64,000 nt of DNA, from positions 1,240,001-1,304,000 of the forward strand of contig OZ059898.1 in NCBI GenBank assembly GCA_964057225.1. Direction: 5' to 3'. Positions within the stretch are counted from its first letter, which is position 1; each line of letters opens with the position of its first letter. Position numbers and translations under genes: made by a program. The notes beneath the pieces are model-generated. The model was given only the letters and a program-made list of their open reading frames with translations, searched no databases and was not told where the DNA came from. Positions 40,016-54,200 of the stretch are shown here, in pieces. This DNA is from Auanema rhodensis (Eukaryota > Animalia > Nematoda).

Positions 40016-42823
40016 AAACTGATATAAGTTCACACTTATATCCTCGATTTTCACCCTGAAGAATTAATTTTTTCGTTGAATAACATTGTCCATCGTCTTT
40101 GCCTTGAAAAAAGGAATCTAAAAACATCTACTTTTTGCTAAATTATTTTGAAATTTTTCGAAAAAATTTTTGTCAAAATGTTTTTGGAAGCAATGTTGAG
40201 TGTACATGGAAACTCAACATACACTAATGCATCATTTTTCAAACGATCATAACTAATTTTTGTATTAAGCGTTTCTCAATGTGATATAGTGCATTCGATG
40301 CGGATGTTTAAGCTGCGTCGATCTGTGTTATCAGATTTGCGCTAGCTTAAAAATGCACCGAGATATAAACTGATATAAGTTCACACTTATATCCTCGATT
40401 TTCACCCTGAAGAATTAATTTTTTCGTTGAATAACATTGTCCATCGTCTTTGCCTTGAAAAAAGGAATCTAAAAACATCTACTTTTTGCTAAATTATTTT
40501 GAAATTTTTCGAAAAAATTTTTGTCAAAATGTTTTTGGAAGCAATGTTGAGTGTACATGGAAACTCAACATACACTAATGAATCATTTTTCAAACGATCA
40601 TAACTAATTTTTGTATTAAGCGTTTCTCAATGTAGTATAGTGCATTCGATGCGAATTTTTAAGCTGCGTCGATCTGTGTTATCAGATTTGCGCTAGCTTA
40701 AAAATGCACCGAGATATAAACTGATATAAGTTCACACTTATATCCTCGATTTTCACCCTGAAGAATTAATTTTTTCGTTGAATAACATTGTCCATCGTCT
40801 TTGCCTTGAAAAAAGGAATCTAAAAACATCTACTTTTTGCTAAATTATTTTGAAATTTTTCGAAAAAATTTTTGTCAAAATGTTTTTGGAAGCAATGTTG
40901 AGTGTACATGGAAACTCAACATACACTAATGCATCATTTTTCAAACGATCATAACTAATTTTTGTATTAAGCGTTTCTCAATGTGATATAGTGCATTCGA
41001 TGCGGATGTTTAAGCTGCGTCGATCTGTGTTATCAGATTTGCGCTAGCTTAAAAATGCACCGAGATATAAACTGATATAAGTTCACACTTATATCCTCGA
41101 TTTTCACCCTGAAGAATTAATTTTTTCGTTGAATAACATTGTCCATCGTCTTTGCCTTGAAAAAAGGAATCTAAAAACATCTACTTTTTGCTAAATTATT
41201 TTGAAATTTTTCGAAAAAATTTTTGTCAAAATGTTTTTGGAAGCAATGTTGAGTGTACATGGAAACTCAACATACACTAATGAATCATTTTTCAAACGAT
41301 CATAACTAATTTTTGTATTAAGCGTTTCTCAATGTAGTATAGTGCATTCGATGCGAATTTTTAAGCTGCGTCGATCTGTGTTATCAGATTTGCGCTAGCT
41401 TAAAAATGCACCGAGATATAAACTGATATAAGTTCACACTTATATCCTCGATTTTCACCCTGAAGAATTAATTTTTTCGTTGAATAACATTGTCCATCGT
41501 CTTTGCCTTGAAAAAAGGAATCTAAAAACATCTACTTTTTGCTAAATTATTTTGAAATTTTTCGAAAAAATTTTTGTCAAAATGTTTTTGGAAGCAATGT
41601 TGAGTGTACATGGAAACTCAACATACACTAATGCATCATTTTTCAAACGATCATAACTAATTTTTGTATTAAGCGTTTCTCAATGTGGTATAGTGCATTC
41701 GATGCGAATTTTTAAGCTGCGTCGATCTGTGTTATCAGATTTGCGCTAGCTTAAAAATGCACCGAGATATCAACTGATATAAGTTCACACTTATATCCTC
41801 GATTTTCACCCTGAAGAATTAATTTTTTCGTTGAATAACATTGTCCATCGTCTTTGCCTTGAAAAAAGGAATCTAAAAACATCTACTTTTTGCTAAATTA
41901 TTTTGAAATTTTTCGAAAAAATTTTTGTCAAAATGTTTTTGGAAGCAATGTTGAGTGTACATGGAAACTCAACATACACTAATGCATCATTTTTCAAACG
42001 ATCATAACTAATTTTTGTATTAAGCGTTTCTCAATGTGATATAGTGCATTCGATGCGGATGTTTAAGCTGCGTCGATCTGTGTTATCAGATTTGCGCTAG
42101 CTTAAAAATGCACCGAGATATAAACTGATATAAGTTCACACTTATATCCTCGATTTTCACCCTGAAGAATTAATTTTTTCGTTGAATAACATTGTCCATC
42201 GTCTTTGCCTTGAAAAAAGGAATCTAAAAACATCTACTTTTTGCTAAATTATTTTGAAATTTTTCGAAAAAATTTTTGTCAAAATGTTTTTGGAAGCAAT
42301 GTTGAGTGTACATGGAAACTCAACATACACTAATGAATCATTTTTCAAACGATCATAACTAATTTTTGTATTAAGCGTTTCTCAATGTAGTATAGTGCAT
42401 TCGATGCGAATTTTTAAGCTGCGTCGATCTGTGTTATCAGATTTGCGCTAGCTTAAAAATGCACCGAGATATAAACTGATATAAGTTCACACTTATATCC
42501 TCGATTTTCACCCTGAAGAATTAATTTTTTCGTTGAATAACATTGTCCATCGTCTTTGCCTTGAAAAAAGGAATCTAAAAACATCTACTTTTTGCTAAAT
42601 TATTTTGAAATTTTTCGAAAAAATTTTTGTCAAAATGTTTTTGGAAGCAATGTTGAGTGTACATGGAAACTCAACATACACTAATGCATCATTTTTCAAA
42701 CGATCATAACTAATTTTTGTATTAAGCGTTTCTCAATGTGGTATAGTGCATTCGATGCGAATTTTTAAGCTGCGTCGATCTGTGTTATCAGATTTGCGCT
42801 AGCTTAAAAATGCACCGAGATAT
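40016..42823. repeat. Local dimer/trimer higher-order repeat (U115-U122)
   Basis: Pattern AB-ABC-ABC, with A = GA at m268-269 + GGATGTTT (T291G), B = AATGAATC (C215A) + GCGAATTT (G288A), C = GG + G288A. Confidence 0.85.
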
Positions 42824-43174
42824 CAACTGATATAAGTTCACACTTATATCCTCGATTTTCACCCTGAAGAATTAATTTTTTCGTTGAATAACATTGTCCA
42901 TCGTCTTTGCCTTGAAAAAAGGAATCTAAAAACATCTACTTTTTGCTAAATTATTTTGAAATTTTTCGAAAAAATTTTTGTCAAAATGTTTTTGGAAGCA
43001 ATGTTGAGTGTACATGGAAACTCAACATACACTAATGCATCATTTTTCAAACGATCATAACTAATTTTTGTATTAAACGTTTTTCAATGTAGTATAGTGC
43101 ATTCGATGCGGATTTTTAAGCTGCGTCGATCTGTGTTATCAGATTTGCGCTAGCTTAAAAATGCACCGAGATAT

Positions 43175-45280
43175 CAACTGGTATAAGTTCACACTTATAT
43201 CCTCGATTTTCACCCTGAAGAATTAATTTTTTCGTCGAATAACATTGTCCATCGTTTTTGCCTTGAAAAAAGGAATCTAAAAACATCTACTTTCTGCTAA
43301 ATTATCTTGAAATTTTTCGAAAAAATTTTTGTCAAAATGTTTTTGGAAGCAATGTTGAGTGTACATGGAAACTCAACATACACTAATGCATCATTTTTCA
43401 AACGATCATAACTAATTTTTGTATTAAGCGTTTCTCAATGTAGTATAGTGCATTCGATGCGGATTTTTAAGCTGCGTCGATCTGTGTTATCAGATTTGCG
43501 CTAGCTTAAAAATGCACCGAGATATAAACTGATATAAGTTCACACTTATATCCTCGATTTTCACCCTGAAGAATTAATTTTTTCGTCGAATAACATTGTC
43601 CATCGTCTTTGCCTTGAAAAAAGGAATCTAAAAACATCTACTTTTTGCTAAATTATCTCGAAATTTTTCGAAAAAATTTTTGTCAAAATGTTTTTGGAAG
43701 CAATGTTGAGTGTACATGGAAACTCAACATACACTAATGCATCATTTTTCAAACGATCATAACTAATTTTTGTATTAAGCGTTTCTCAATGTAGTATAGT
43801 GCATTCGATGCGGATTTTTAAGCTGCGTCGATCTGTGTTATCAGATTTGCGCTAGCTTAAAAATGCACCGAGATATAAACTGATATAAGTTCACACTTAT
43901 ATCCTCGATTTTCACCCTGAAGAATTAATTTTTTCGTTGAATAACATTGTCCATCGTCTTTACCTTGAAAAAAGGAATCTAAAAACATCTACTTTTTGCT
44001 AAATTAATTTGAAATTTTTCGAAAAAATTTTTGTCAAAATGTTTTTGGAAGCAATGTTGAGTGTACATGGAAACTCAACATACACTAATGCATCATTTTT
44101 CAAACGATCATAACTAATTTTTGTATTAAACGTTTTTCAATGTAGTATAGTGCATTCGATGCGGATTTTTAAGCTGCGTCGATCTGTGTTATCAGATTTG
44201 CGCTAGCTTAAAAATGCACCGAGATATCAACTGGTATAAGTTCACACTTATATCCTCGATTTTCACCCTGAAGAATTAATTTTTTCGTCGAATAACATTG
44301 TCCATCGTTTTTGCCTTGAAAAAAGGAATCTAAAAACATCTACTTTCTGCTAAATTATCTCGAAATTTTTCGAAAAAATTTTTGTCAAAATGTTTTTGGA
44401 AGCAATGTTGAGTGTACATGGAAACTCAACATACACTAATGCATCATTTTTCAAACGATCATAACTAATTTTTGTATTAAGCGTTTCTCAATGTAGTATA
44501 GTGCATTCGATGCGGATTTTTAAGCTGCGTCGATCTGTGTTATCAGATTTGCGCTAGCTTAAAAATGCACCGAGATATAAACTGATATAAGTTCACACTT
44601 ATATCCTCGATTTTCACCCTGAAGAATTAATTTTTTCGTCGAATAACATTGTCCATCGTCTTTGCCTTGAAAAAAGGAATCTAAAAACATCTACTTTTTG
44701 CTAAATTATCTCGAAATTTTTCGAAAAAATTTTTGTCAAAATGTTTTTGGAAGCAATGTTGAGTGTACATGGAAACTCAACATACACTAATGCATCATTT
44801 TTCAAACGATCATAACTAATTTTTGTATTAAGCGTTTCTCAATGTAGTATAGTGCATTCGATGCGGATTTTTAAGCTGCGTCGATCTGTGTTATCAGATT
44901 TGCGCTAGCTTAAAAATGCACCGAGATATAAACTGATATAAGTTCACACTTATATCCTCGATTTTCACCCTGAAGAATTAATTTTTTCGTTGAATAACAT
45001 TGTCCATCGTCTTTACCTTGAAAAAAGGAATCTAAAAACATCTACTTTTTGCTAAATTAATTTGAAATTTTTCGAAAAAATTTTTGTCAAAATGTTTTTG
45101 GAAGCAATGTTGAGTGTACATGGAAACTCAACATACACTAATGCATCATTTTTCAAACGATCATAACTAATTTTTGTATTAAGCGTTTCTCAATGTGGTA
45201 TAGTGCATTCGATGCGGATTTTTAAGCTGCGTCGATCTGTGTTATCAGATTTGCGCTAGCTTAAAAATGCACCGAGATAT
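43175..45280. repeat. Trimer higher-order repeat, two copies (U124-U126 / U127-U129), period 1053 bp
   Basis: CAACTGGTA+GTCGAAT+TTTCTGCT, then GTCGAAT+TATCTCG, then TTTACC+AATTAATTT, repeated in the same order. Confidence 0.85.
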
Positions 45281-48200
45281 AAACTGATATAAGTTCACAC
45301 TTATATCCTCGATTTTCACCCTGAAGAATTAATTTTTTCGTTGAATAACATTGTCCATCGTCTTTGCCTTGAAAAAAGGAATCTAAAAACATCTACTTTT
45401 TGCTAAATTATCTTGAAATTTTTCGCAAAAAATTTTTGTCAAAATGTTTTTGGAAGCAATGTTGAGTGTACATGGAAACTCAACATACACTAATGCATCA
45501 TTTTTCAAACGATCATAACTAATTTTTGTATTAAGCGTTTTTCAATGTAGTATAGTGCATTCGATGCGGATTTTTAAGCTGCGTCGATCTGTGTTATCAG
45601 ATTTGCGCTAGCTTAAAAATGCACCGAGATATCAACTGGTATAAGTTCACACTTATATCCTCGATTTTCACCCTGAAGAATTAATTTTTTCGTCGAATAA
45701 CATTGTCCATCGTCTTTGCCTTGAAAAAAGGAATCTAAAAACATCTACTTTTTGCTAAATTATCTTGAAATTTTTCGAAAAAATTTTTGTCAAAATGTTT
45801 TTGGAAGCAATGTTGAGTGTAGATGGAAACTCAACATACACTAATGCATCATTTTTCAAACGATCATAATTAATTTTTGTATTAAGCGTTTCTCAATGTA
45901 GTATAGTGCATTCGATGCGGATTTTTAAGCTGCGTCGATCTGTGTTATCAGATTTGCGCTAGCTTAAAAATGCACCGAGATATAAACTGATATAAGTTCA
46001 CACTTATATCCTCGATTTTCACCCTGAAGAATTAATTTTTTCGTTGAATAACATTGTCCATCGTCTTTACCTTGAAAAAAGGAATCTAAAAACATCTACT
46101 TTTTGCTAAATTATTTTGAAATTTTTCGAAAAAATTTTTGTCAAAATGTTTTTGGAAGCAATGTTGAGTGTACATGGAAACTCAACATACACTAATGCAT
46201 CATTTTTCAAACGATCATAACTAATTTTTGTATTAAGCGTTTCTCAATGTGGTATAGTGCATTCGATGCGGATTTTTAAGCTGCGTCGATCTGTGTTATC
46301 AGATTTGCGCTAGCTTAAAAATGCACCGAGATATAAACTGATATAAGTTCACACTTATATCCTCGATTTTCACCCTGAAGAATTAATTTTTTCGTTGAAT
46401 AACATTGTCCATCGTCTTTGCCTTGAAAAAAGGAATCTAAAAACATCTACTTTTTGCTAAATTATTTTGAAATTTTTCGAAAAAATTTTTGTCAAAATGT
46501 TTTTGGAAGCAATGTTGAGTGTACATGGAAACTCAACATACACTAATGCATCATTTTTCAAACGATCATAACTAATTTTTGTATTAAGCGTTTCTCAATG
46601 TAGTATAGTGCATTCGATGCGGATTTTTAAGCTGCGTCGATCTGTGTTATCAGATTTGCGCTAGCTTAAAAATGCACCGAGATATAAACTGATATAAGTT
46701 CACACTTATATCCTCGATTTTCACCCTGAAGAATTAATTTTTTCGTTGAATAACATTGTCCATCGTCTTTACCTTAAAAAAAGGAATCTAAAAACATCTA
46801 CTTTTTGCTAAATTATTTTGAAATTTTTCGAAAAAATTTTTGTCAAAATGTTTTTGGAAGCAATGTTGAGTGTACATGGAAACTCAACATACACTAATGC
46901 ATCATTTTTCAAACGATCATAACTAATTTTTGTATTAAGCGTTTCTCAATGTAGTATAGTGCATTCGATGCGGATTTTTAAGCTGCGTCGATCTGTGTTA
47001 TCAGATTTGCGCTAGCTTAAAAATGCACCGAGATATAAACTGATATAAGTTCACACTTATATCCTCGATTTTCACCCTGAAGAATTAATTTTTTCGTTGA
47101 ATAACATTGTCCATCGTCTTTACCTTGAAAAAAGGAATCTAAAAACATCTACTTTTTGCTAAATTATTTTGAAATTTTTCGAAAAAATTTTTGTCAAAAT
47201 GTTTTTGGAAGCAATGTTGAGTGTACATGGAAACTCAACATACACTAATGCATCATTTTTCAAACGATCATAACTAATTTTTGTATTAAGCGTTTCTCAA
47301 TGTGGTATAGTGCATTCGATGCGGATTTTTAAGCTGCGTCGATCTGTGTTATCAGATTTGCGCTAGCTTAAAAATGCACCGAGATATAAACTGATATAAG
47401 TTCACACTTATATCCTCGATTTTCACCCTGAAGAATTAATTTTTTCGTTGAATAACATTGTCCATCGTTTTTGCCTTGAAAAAAGGAATCTAAAAACATC
47501 TACTTTTTGCTAAATTATTTTGAAATTTTTCGAAAAAATTTTTGTCAAAATGTTTTTGGAAGCAATGTTGAGTGTACATGGAAACTCAACATACACTAAT
47601 GCATCATTTTTCAAACGATCATAACTAATTTTTGTATTAAGCGTTTCTCAATGTAGTATAGTGCATTCGATGCGGATTTTTAAGCTGCGTCGATCTGTGT
47701 TATCAGATTTGCGCTAGCTTAAAAATGCACCGAGATATAAACTGATATAAGTTCACACTTATATCCTCGATTTTCACCCTGAAGAATTAATTTTTTCGTT
47801 GAATAACATTGTCCATCGTCTTTGCCTTGAAAAAAGGAATCTAAAAACATCTACTTTTTGCTAAATTATTTTGAAATTTTTCGAAAAAATTTTTGTCAAA
47901 ATGTTTTTGGAAGCAATGTTGAGTGTACATGGAAACTCAACATACACTAATGCATCATTTTTCAAACGATCATAACTAATTTTTGTATTAAGCGTTTCTC
48001 AATGTGGTATAGTGCATTCGATGCGGATTTTTAAGCTGCGTCGATCTGTGTTATCAGATTTGCGCTAGCTTAAAAATGCACCGAGATATAAACTGATATA
48101 AGTTCACACTTATATCCTCGATTTTCACCCTGAAGAATTAATTTTTTCGTTGAATAACATTGTCCATCGTCTTTGCCTTGAAAAAAGGAATCTAAAAACA

Positions 48201-51200
48201 TCTACTTTTTGCTAAATTATTTTGAAATTTTTCGAAAAAATTTTTGTCAAAATGTTTTTGGAAGCAATGTTGAGTGTACATGGAAACTCAACATACACTA
48301 ATGCATCATTTTTCAAACGATCATAACTAATTTTTGTATTAAGCGTTTCTCAATGTAGTATAGTGCATTCAATGCGGATTTTTAAGCTGCGTCGATCTGT
48401 GTTATCAGATTTGCGCTAGCTTAAAAATGCACCGAGATATAAACTGATATAAGTTCACACTTATATCCTCGATTTTCACCCTGAAGAATTAATTTTTTCG
48501 TTGAATAACATTGTCCATCGTCTTTACCTTGAAAAAAGGAATCTAAAAACATCTACTTTTTGCTAAATTATTTTGAAATTTTTTGAAAAAATTTTTGTCA
48601 AAATGTTTTTGGAAGCAATGTTGAGTGTACATGGAAACTCAACATACACTAATGCATCATTTTTCAAACGATCATAACTAATTTTTGTATTAAGCGTTTC
48701 TCAATGTGGTATAGTGCATTCGATGCGGATTTTTAAGCTGCGTCGATCTGTGTTATCAGATTTGCGCTAGCTTAAAAATGCACCGAGATATAAACTGATA
48801 TAAGTTCACACTTATATCCTCGATTTTCACCCTGAAGAATTAATTTTTTCGTTGAATAACATTGTCCATCGTCTTTGCCTTGAAAAAAGGAATCTAAAAA
48901 CATCTACTTTTTGCTAAATTATTTTGAAATTTTTCGAAAAAATTTTTGTCAAAATGTTTTTGGAAGCAATGTTGAGTGTACATGGAAACTCAACATACAC
49001 TAATGCATCATTTTTCAAACGATCATAACTAATTTTTGTATTAAGCGTTTCTCAATGTGGTATAGTGCATTCGATGCGGATTTTTAAGCTGCGTCGATCT
49101 GTGTTATCAGATTTGCGCTAGCTTAAAAATGCACCGAGATATAAACTGATATAAGTTCACACTTATATCCTCGATTTTCACCCTGAAGAATTAATTTTTT
49201 CGTTGAATAACATTGTCCATCGTCTTTGCCTTGAAAAAAAGAATCTAAAAACATCTACTTTTTGCTAAATTATTTTGAAATTTTTCGAAAAAATTTTTGT
49301 CAAAATGTTTTTGGAAGCAATGTTGAGTGTACATGGAAACTCAACATACACTAATGCATCATTTTTCAAACGATCATAACTAATTTTTGTATTAAGCGTT
49401 TCTCAATGTAGTATAGTGCATTCGATGCGGATTTTTAAGCTGCGTCGATCTGTGTTATCAGATTTGCGCTAGCTTAAAAATGCACCGAGATATAAACTGA
49501 TATAAGTTCACACTTATATCCTCGATTTTCACCCTGAAGAATTAATTTTTTCGTTGAATAACATTGTCCATCGTCTTTACCTTAAAAAAAGGAATCTAAA
49601 AACATCTACTTTTTGCTAAATTATTTTGAAATTTTTCGAAAAAATTTTTGTCAAAATGTTTTTGGAAGCAATGTTGAGTGTACATGGAAACTCAACATAC
49701 ACTAATGCATCATTTTTCAAACGATCATAACTAATTTTTGTATTAAGCGTTTCTCAATGTGGTATAGTGCATTCGATGCGGATTTTTAAGCTGCGTCGAT
49801 CTGTGTTATCAGATTTGCGCTAGCTTAAAAATGCACCGAGATATAAACTGATATAAGTTCACACTTATATCCTCGATTTTCACCCTGAAGAATTAATTTT
49901 TTCGTTGAATAACATTGTCCATCGTCTTTGCCTTGAAAAAAGGAATCTAAAAACATCTACTTTTTGCTAAATTATTTTGAAATTTTTCGAAAACATTTTT
50001 GTCAAAATGTTTTTGGAAGCAATGTTGAGTGTACATGGAAACTCAACATACACTAATGCATCATTTTTCAAACGATCATAACTAATTTTTGTATTAAGCG
50101 TTTCTCAATGTAGTATAGTGCATTCGATGCGGATTTTTAAGCTGCGTCGATCTGTGTTATCAGATTTGCGCTAGCTTAAAAATGCACCGAGATATAAACT
50201 GATATAAGTTCACACTTATATCCTCGATTTTCACCCTGAAGAATTAATTTTTTCGTTGAATAACATTGTCCATCGTCTTTACCTTGAAAAAAGGAATCTA
50301 AAAACATCTACTTTTTGCTAAATTATTTTGAAATTTTTTGAAAAAATTTTTGTCAAAATGTTTTTGGAAGCAATGTTGAGTGTACATGGAAACTCAACAT
50401 ACACTAATGCATCATTTTTCAAACGATCATAACTAATTTTTGTATTAAGCGTTTCTCAATGTGGTATAGTGCATTCGATGCGGATTTTTAAGCTGCGTCG
50501 ATCTGTGTTATCAGATTTGCGCTAGCTTAAAAATGCACCGAGATATAAACTGATATAAGTTCACACTTATATCCTCGATTTTCACCCTGAAGAATTAATT
50601 TTTTCGTTGAATAACATTGTCCATCGTTTTTGCCTTGAAAAAAGGAATCTAAAAACATCTACTTTTTGCTAAATTATTTTGAAATTTTTCGAAAAAATTT
50701 TTGTCAAAATGTTTTTGGAAGCAATGTTGAGTGTACATGGAAACTCAACATACACTAATGCATCATTTTTCAAACGATCATAACTAATTTTTGTATTAAG
50801 CGTTTTTCAATGTAGTATAGTGCATTCGATGCGGATTTTTAAGCTGCGTCGATCTGTGTTATCAGATTTGCGCTAGCTTAAAAATGCACCGAGATATAAA
50901 CTGATATAAGTTCACACTTATATCCTCGATTTTCACCCTGAAGAATTAATTTTTTCGTTGAATAACATTGTCCATCGTCTTTGCCTTGAAAAAAGGAATC
51001 TAAAAACATCTACTTTTTGCTAAATTATTTTGAAATTTTTCGAAAAAATTTTTGTCAAAATGTTTTTGGAAGCAATGTTGAGTGTACATGGAAACTCAAC
51101 ATACACTAATGCATCATTTTTCAAACGATCATAACTAATTTTTGTATTAAGCGTTTTTCAATGTAGTATAGTGCATTCGATGCGGATTTTTAAGCTGCGT

Positions 51201-54200
51201 CGATCTGTGTTATCAGATTTGCGCTAGCTTAAAAATGCACCGAGATATAAACTGATATAAGTTCACACTTATATCCTCGATTTTCACCCTGAAGAATTAA
51301 TTTTTTCGTTGAATAACATTGTCCATCGTCTTTGCCTTGAAAAAAGGAATCTAAAAACATCTACTTTTTGCTAAATTATTTTGAAATTTTTCGAAAAAAT
51401 TTTTGTCAAAATGTTTTTGGAAGCAATGTTGAGTGTACATGGAAACTCAACATACACTAATGCATCATTTTTCAAACGATCATAACTAATTTTTGTATTA
51501 AGCGTTTCTCAATGTGGTATAGTGCATTCGATGCGGATTTTTAAGCTGCGTCGATCTGTGTTATCAGATTTGCGCTAGCTTAAAAATGCACCGAGATATA
51601 AACTGATATAAGTTCACACTTATATCCTCGATTTTCACCCTGAAGAATTAATTTTTTCGTTGAATAACATTGTCCATCGTCTTTGCCTTGAAAAAAGGAA
51701 TCTAAAAACATCTACTTTTTGCTAAATTATTTTGAAATTTTTCGAAAAAATTTTTGTCAAAATGTTTTTGGAAGCAATGTTGAGTGTACATGGAAACTCA
51801 ACATACACTAATGCATCATTTTTCAAACGATCATAACTAATTTTTGTATTAAGCGTTTCTCAATGTAGTATAGTGCATTCGATGCGGATTTTTAAGCTGC
51901 GTCGATCTGTGTTATCAGATTTGCGCTAGCTTAAAAATGCACCGAGATATAAACTGATATAAGTTCACACTTATATCCTCGATTTTCACCCTGAAGAATT
52001 AATTTTTTCGTTGAATAACATTGTCCATCGTCTTTACCTTAAAAAAAGGAATCTAAAAACATCTACTTTTTGCTAAATTATTTTGAAATTTTTCGAAAAA
52101 ATTTTTGTCAAAATGTTTTTGGAAGCAATGTTGAGTGTACATGGAAACTCAACATACACTAATGCATCATTTTTCAAACGATCATAACTAATTTTTGTAT
52201 CAAGCGTTTCTCAATGTAGTATAGTGCATTCGATGCGGATTTTTAAGCTGCGTCGTTCTGTGTTATCAGATTTGCGCTAGCTTAAAAATGCACCGAGATA
52301 TCAACTGATATAAGTTCACACTTATATCCTCGATTTTCACCCTGAAGAATTAATTTTTTCGTTGAATAACATTGTCCATCGTCTTTGCCTTGAAAAAAGG
52401 AATCTAAAAACATCTACTTTTTGCTAAATTATTTTGAAATTTTTTGAAAAAATTTTTGTCAAAATGTTTTTGGAAGCAATGTTGAGTGTACATGGAAACT
52501 CAACATACACTAATGCATCATTTTTCAAACGATCATAACTAATTTTTGTATTAAGCGTTTCTCAATGTAGTATAGTGCATTCAATGCGGATTTTTAAGCT
52601 GCGTCGATCTGTGTTATCAGATTTGCGCTAGCTTAAAAATGCACCGAGATATAAACTGATATAAGTTCACACTTATATCCTCGATTTTCACCCTGAAGAA
52701 TTAATTTTTTCGTTGAATAACATTGTCCATCGTCTTTGCCTTGAAAAAAGGAATCTAAAAACATCTACTTTTTGCTAAATTATTTTGAAATTTTTCGAAA
52801 AAATTTTTGTCAAAATGTTTTTGGAAGCAATGTTGAGTGTACATGGAAACTCAACATACACTAATGCATCATTTTTCAAACGATCATAACTAATTTTTGT
52901 ATTAAGCGTTTCTCAATGTGGTATAGTGCATTCGATGCGGATTTTTAAGCTGCGTCGATCTGTGTTATCAGATTTGCGCTAGCTTAAAAATGCACCGAGA
53001 TATAAACTGATATAAGTTCACACTTATATCCTCGATTTTCACCCTGAAGAATTAATTTTTTCGTTGAATAACATTGTCCATCGTCTTTACCTTGAAAAAA
53101 GGAATCTAAAAACATCTACTTTTTGCTAAATTATTTTGAAATTTTTCGAAAAAATTTTTGTCAAAATGTTTTTGGAAGCAATGTTGAGTGTACATGGAAA
53201 CTCAACATACACTAATGCATCATTTTTCAAACGATCATAACTAATTTTTGTATTAAGCGTTTCTCAATGTGGTATAGTGCATTCGATGCGGATTTTTAAG
53301 CTGCGTCGATCTGTGTTATCAGATTTGCGCTAGCTTAAAAATGCACCGAGATATAAACTGATATAAGTTCACACTTATATCCTCGATTTTCACCCTGAAG
53401 AATTAATTTTTTCGTTGAATAACATTGTCCATCGTCTTTGCCTTGAAAGAAGGAATCTAAAAACATCTACTTTTTGCTAAATTATTTTGAAATTTTTCGA
53501 AAAAATTTTTGTCAAAATGTTTTTGGAAGCAATGTTGAGTGTACATGGAAACTCAACATACACTAATGCATCATTTTTCAAACGATCATAACTAATTTTT
53601 GTATTAAGCGTTTCTCAATGTAGTATAGTGCATTCGATGCGGATTTTTAAGCTGCGTCGATCTGTGTTATCAGATTTGCGCTAGCTTAAAAATGCACCGA
53701 GATATAAACTGATATAAGTTCACACTTATATCCTCGATTTTCACCCTGAAGAATTAATTTTTTCGTTGAATAACATTGTCCATCGTCTTTACCTTAAAAA
53801 AAGGAATCTAAAAACATCTACTTTTTGCTAAATTATTTTGAAATTTTTCGAAAAAATTTTTGTCAAAATGTTTTTGGAAGCAATGTTGAGTGTACATGGA
53901 AACTCAACATACACTAATGCATCATTTTTCAAACGATCATAACTAATTTTTGTATTAAGCGTTTCTCAATGTGGTATAGTGCATTCGATGCGGATTTTTA
54001 AGCTGCGTCGATCTGTGTTATCAGATTTGCGCTAGCTTAAAAATGCACCGAGATATAAACTGATATAAGTTCACACTTATATCCTCGATTTTCACCCTGA
54101 AGAATTAATTTTTTCGTTGAATAACATTGTCCATCGTCTTTGCCTTGAAAGAAGGAATCTAAAAACATCTACTTTTTGCTAAATTATTTTGAAATTTTTC

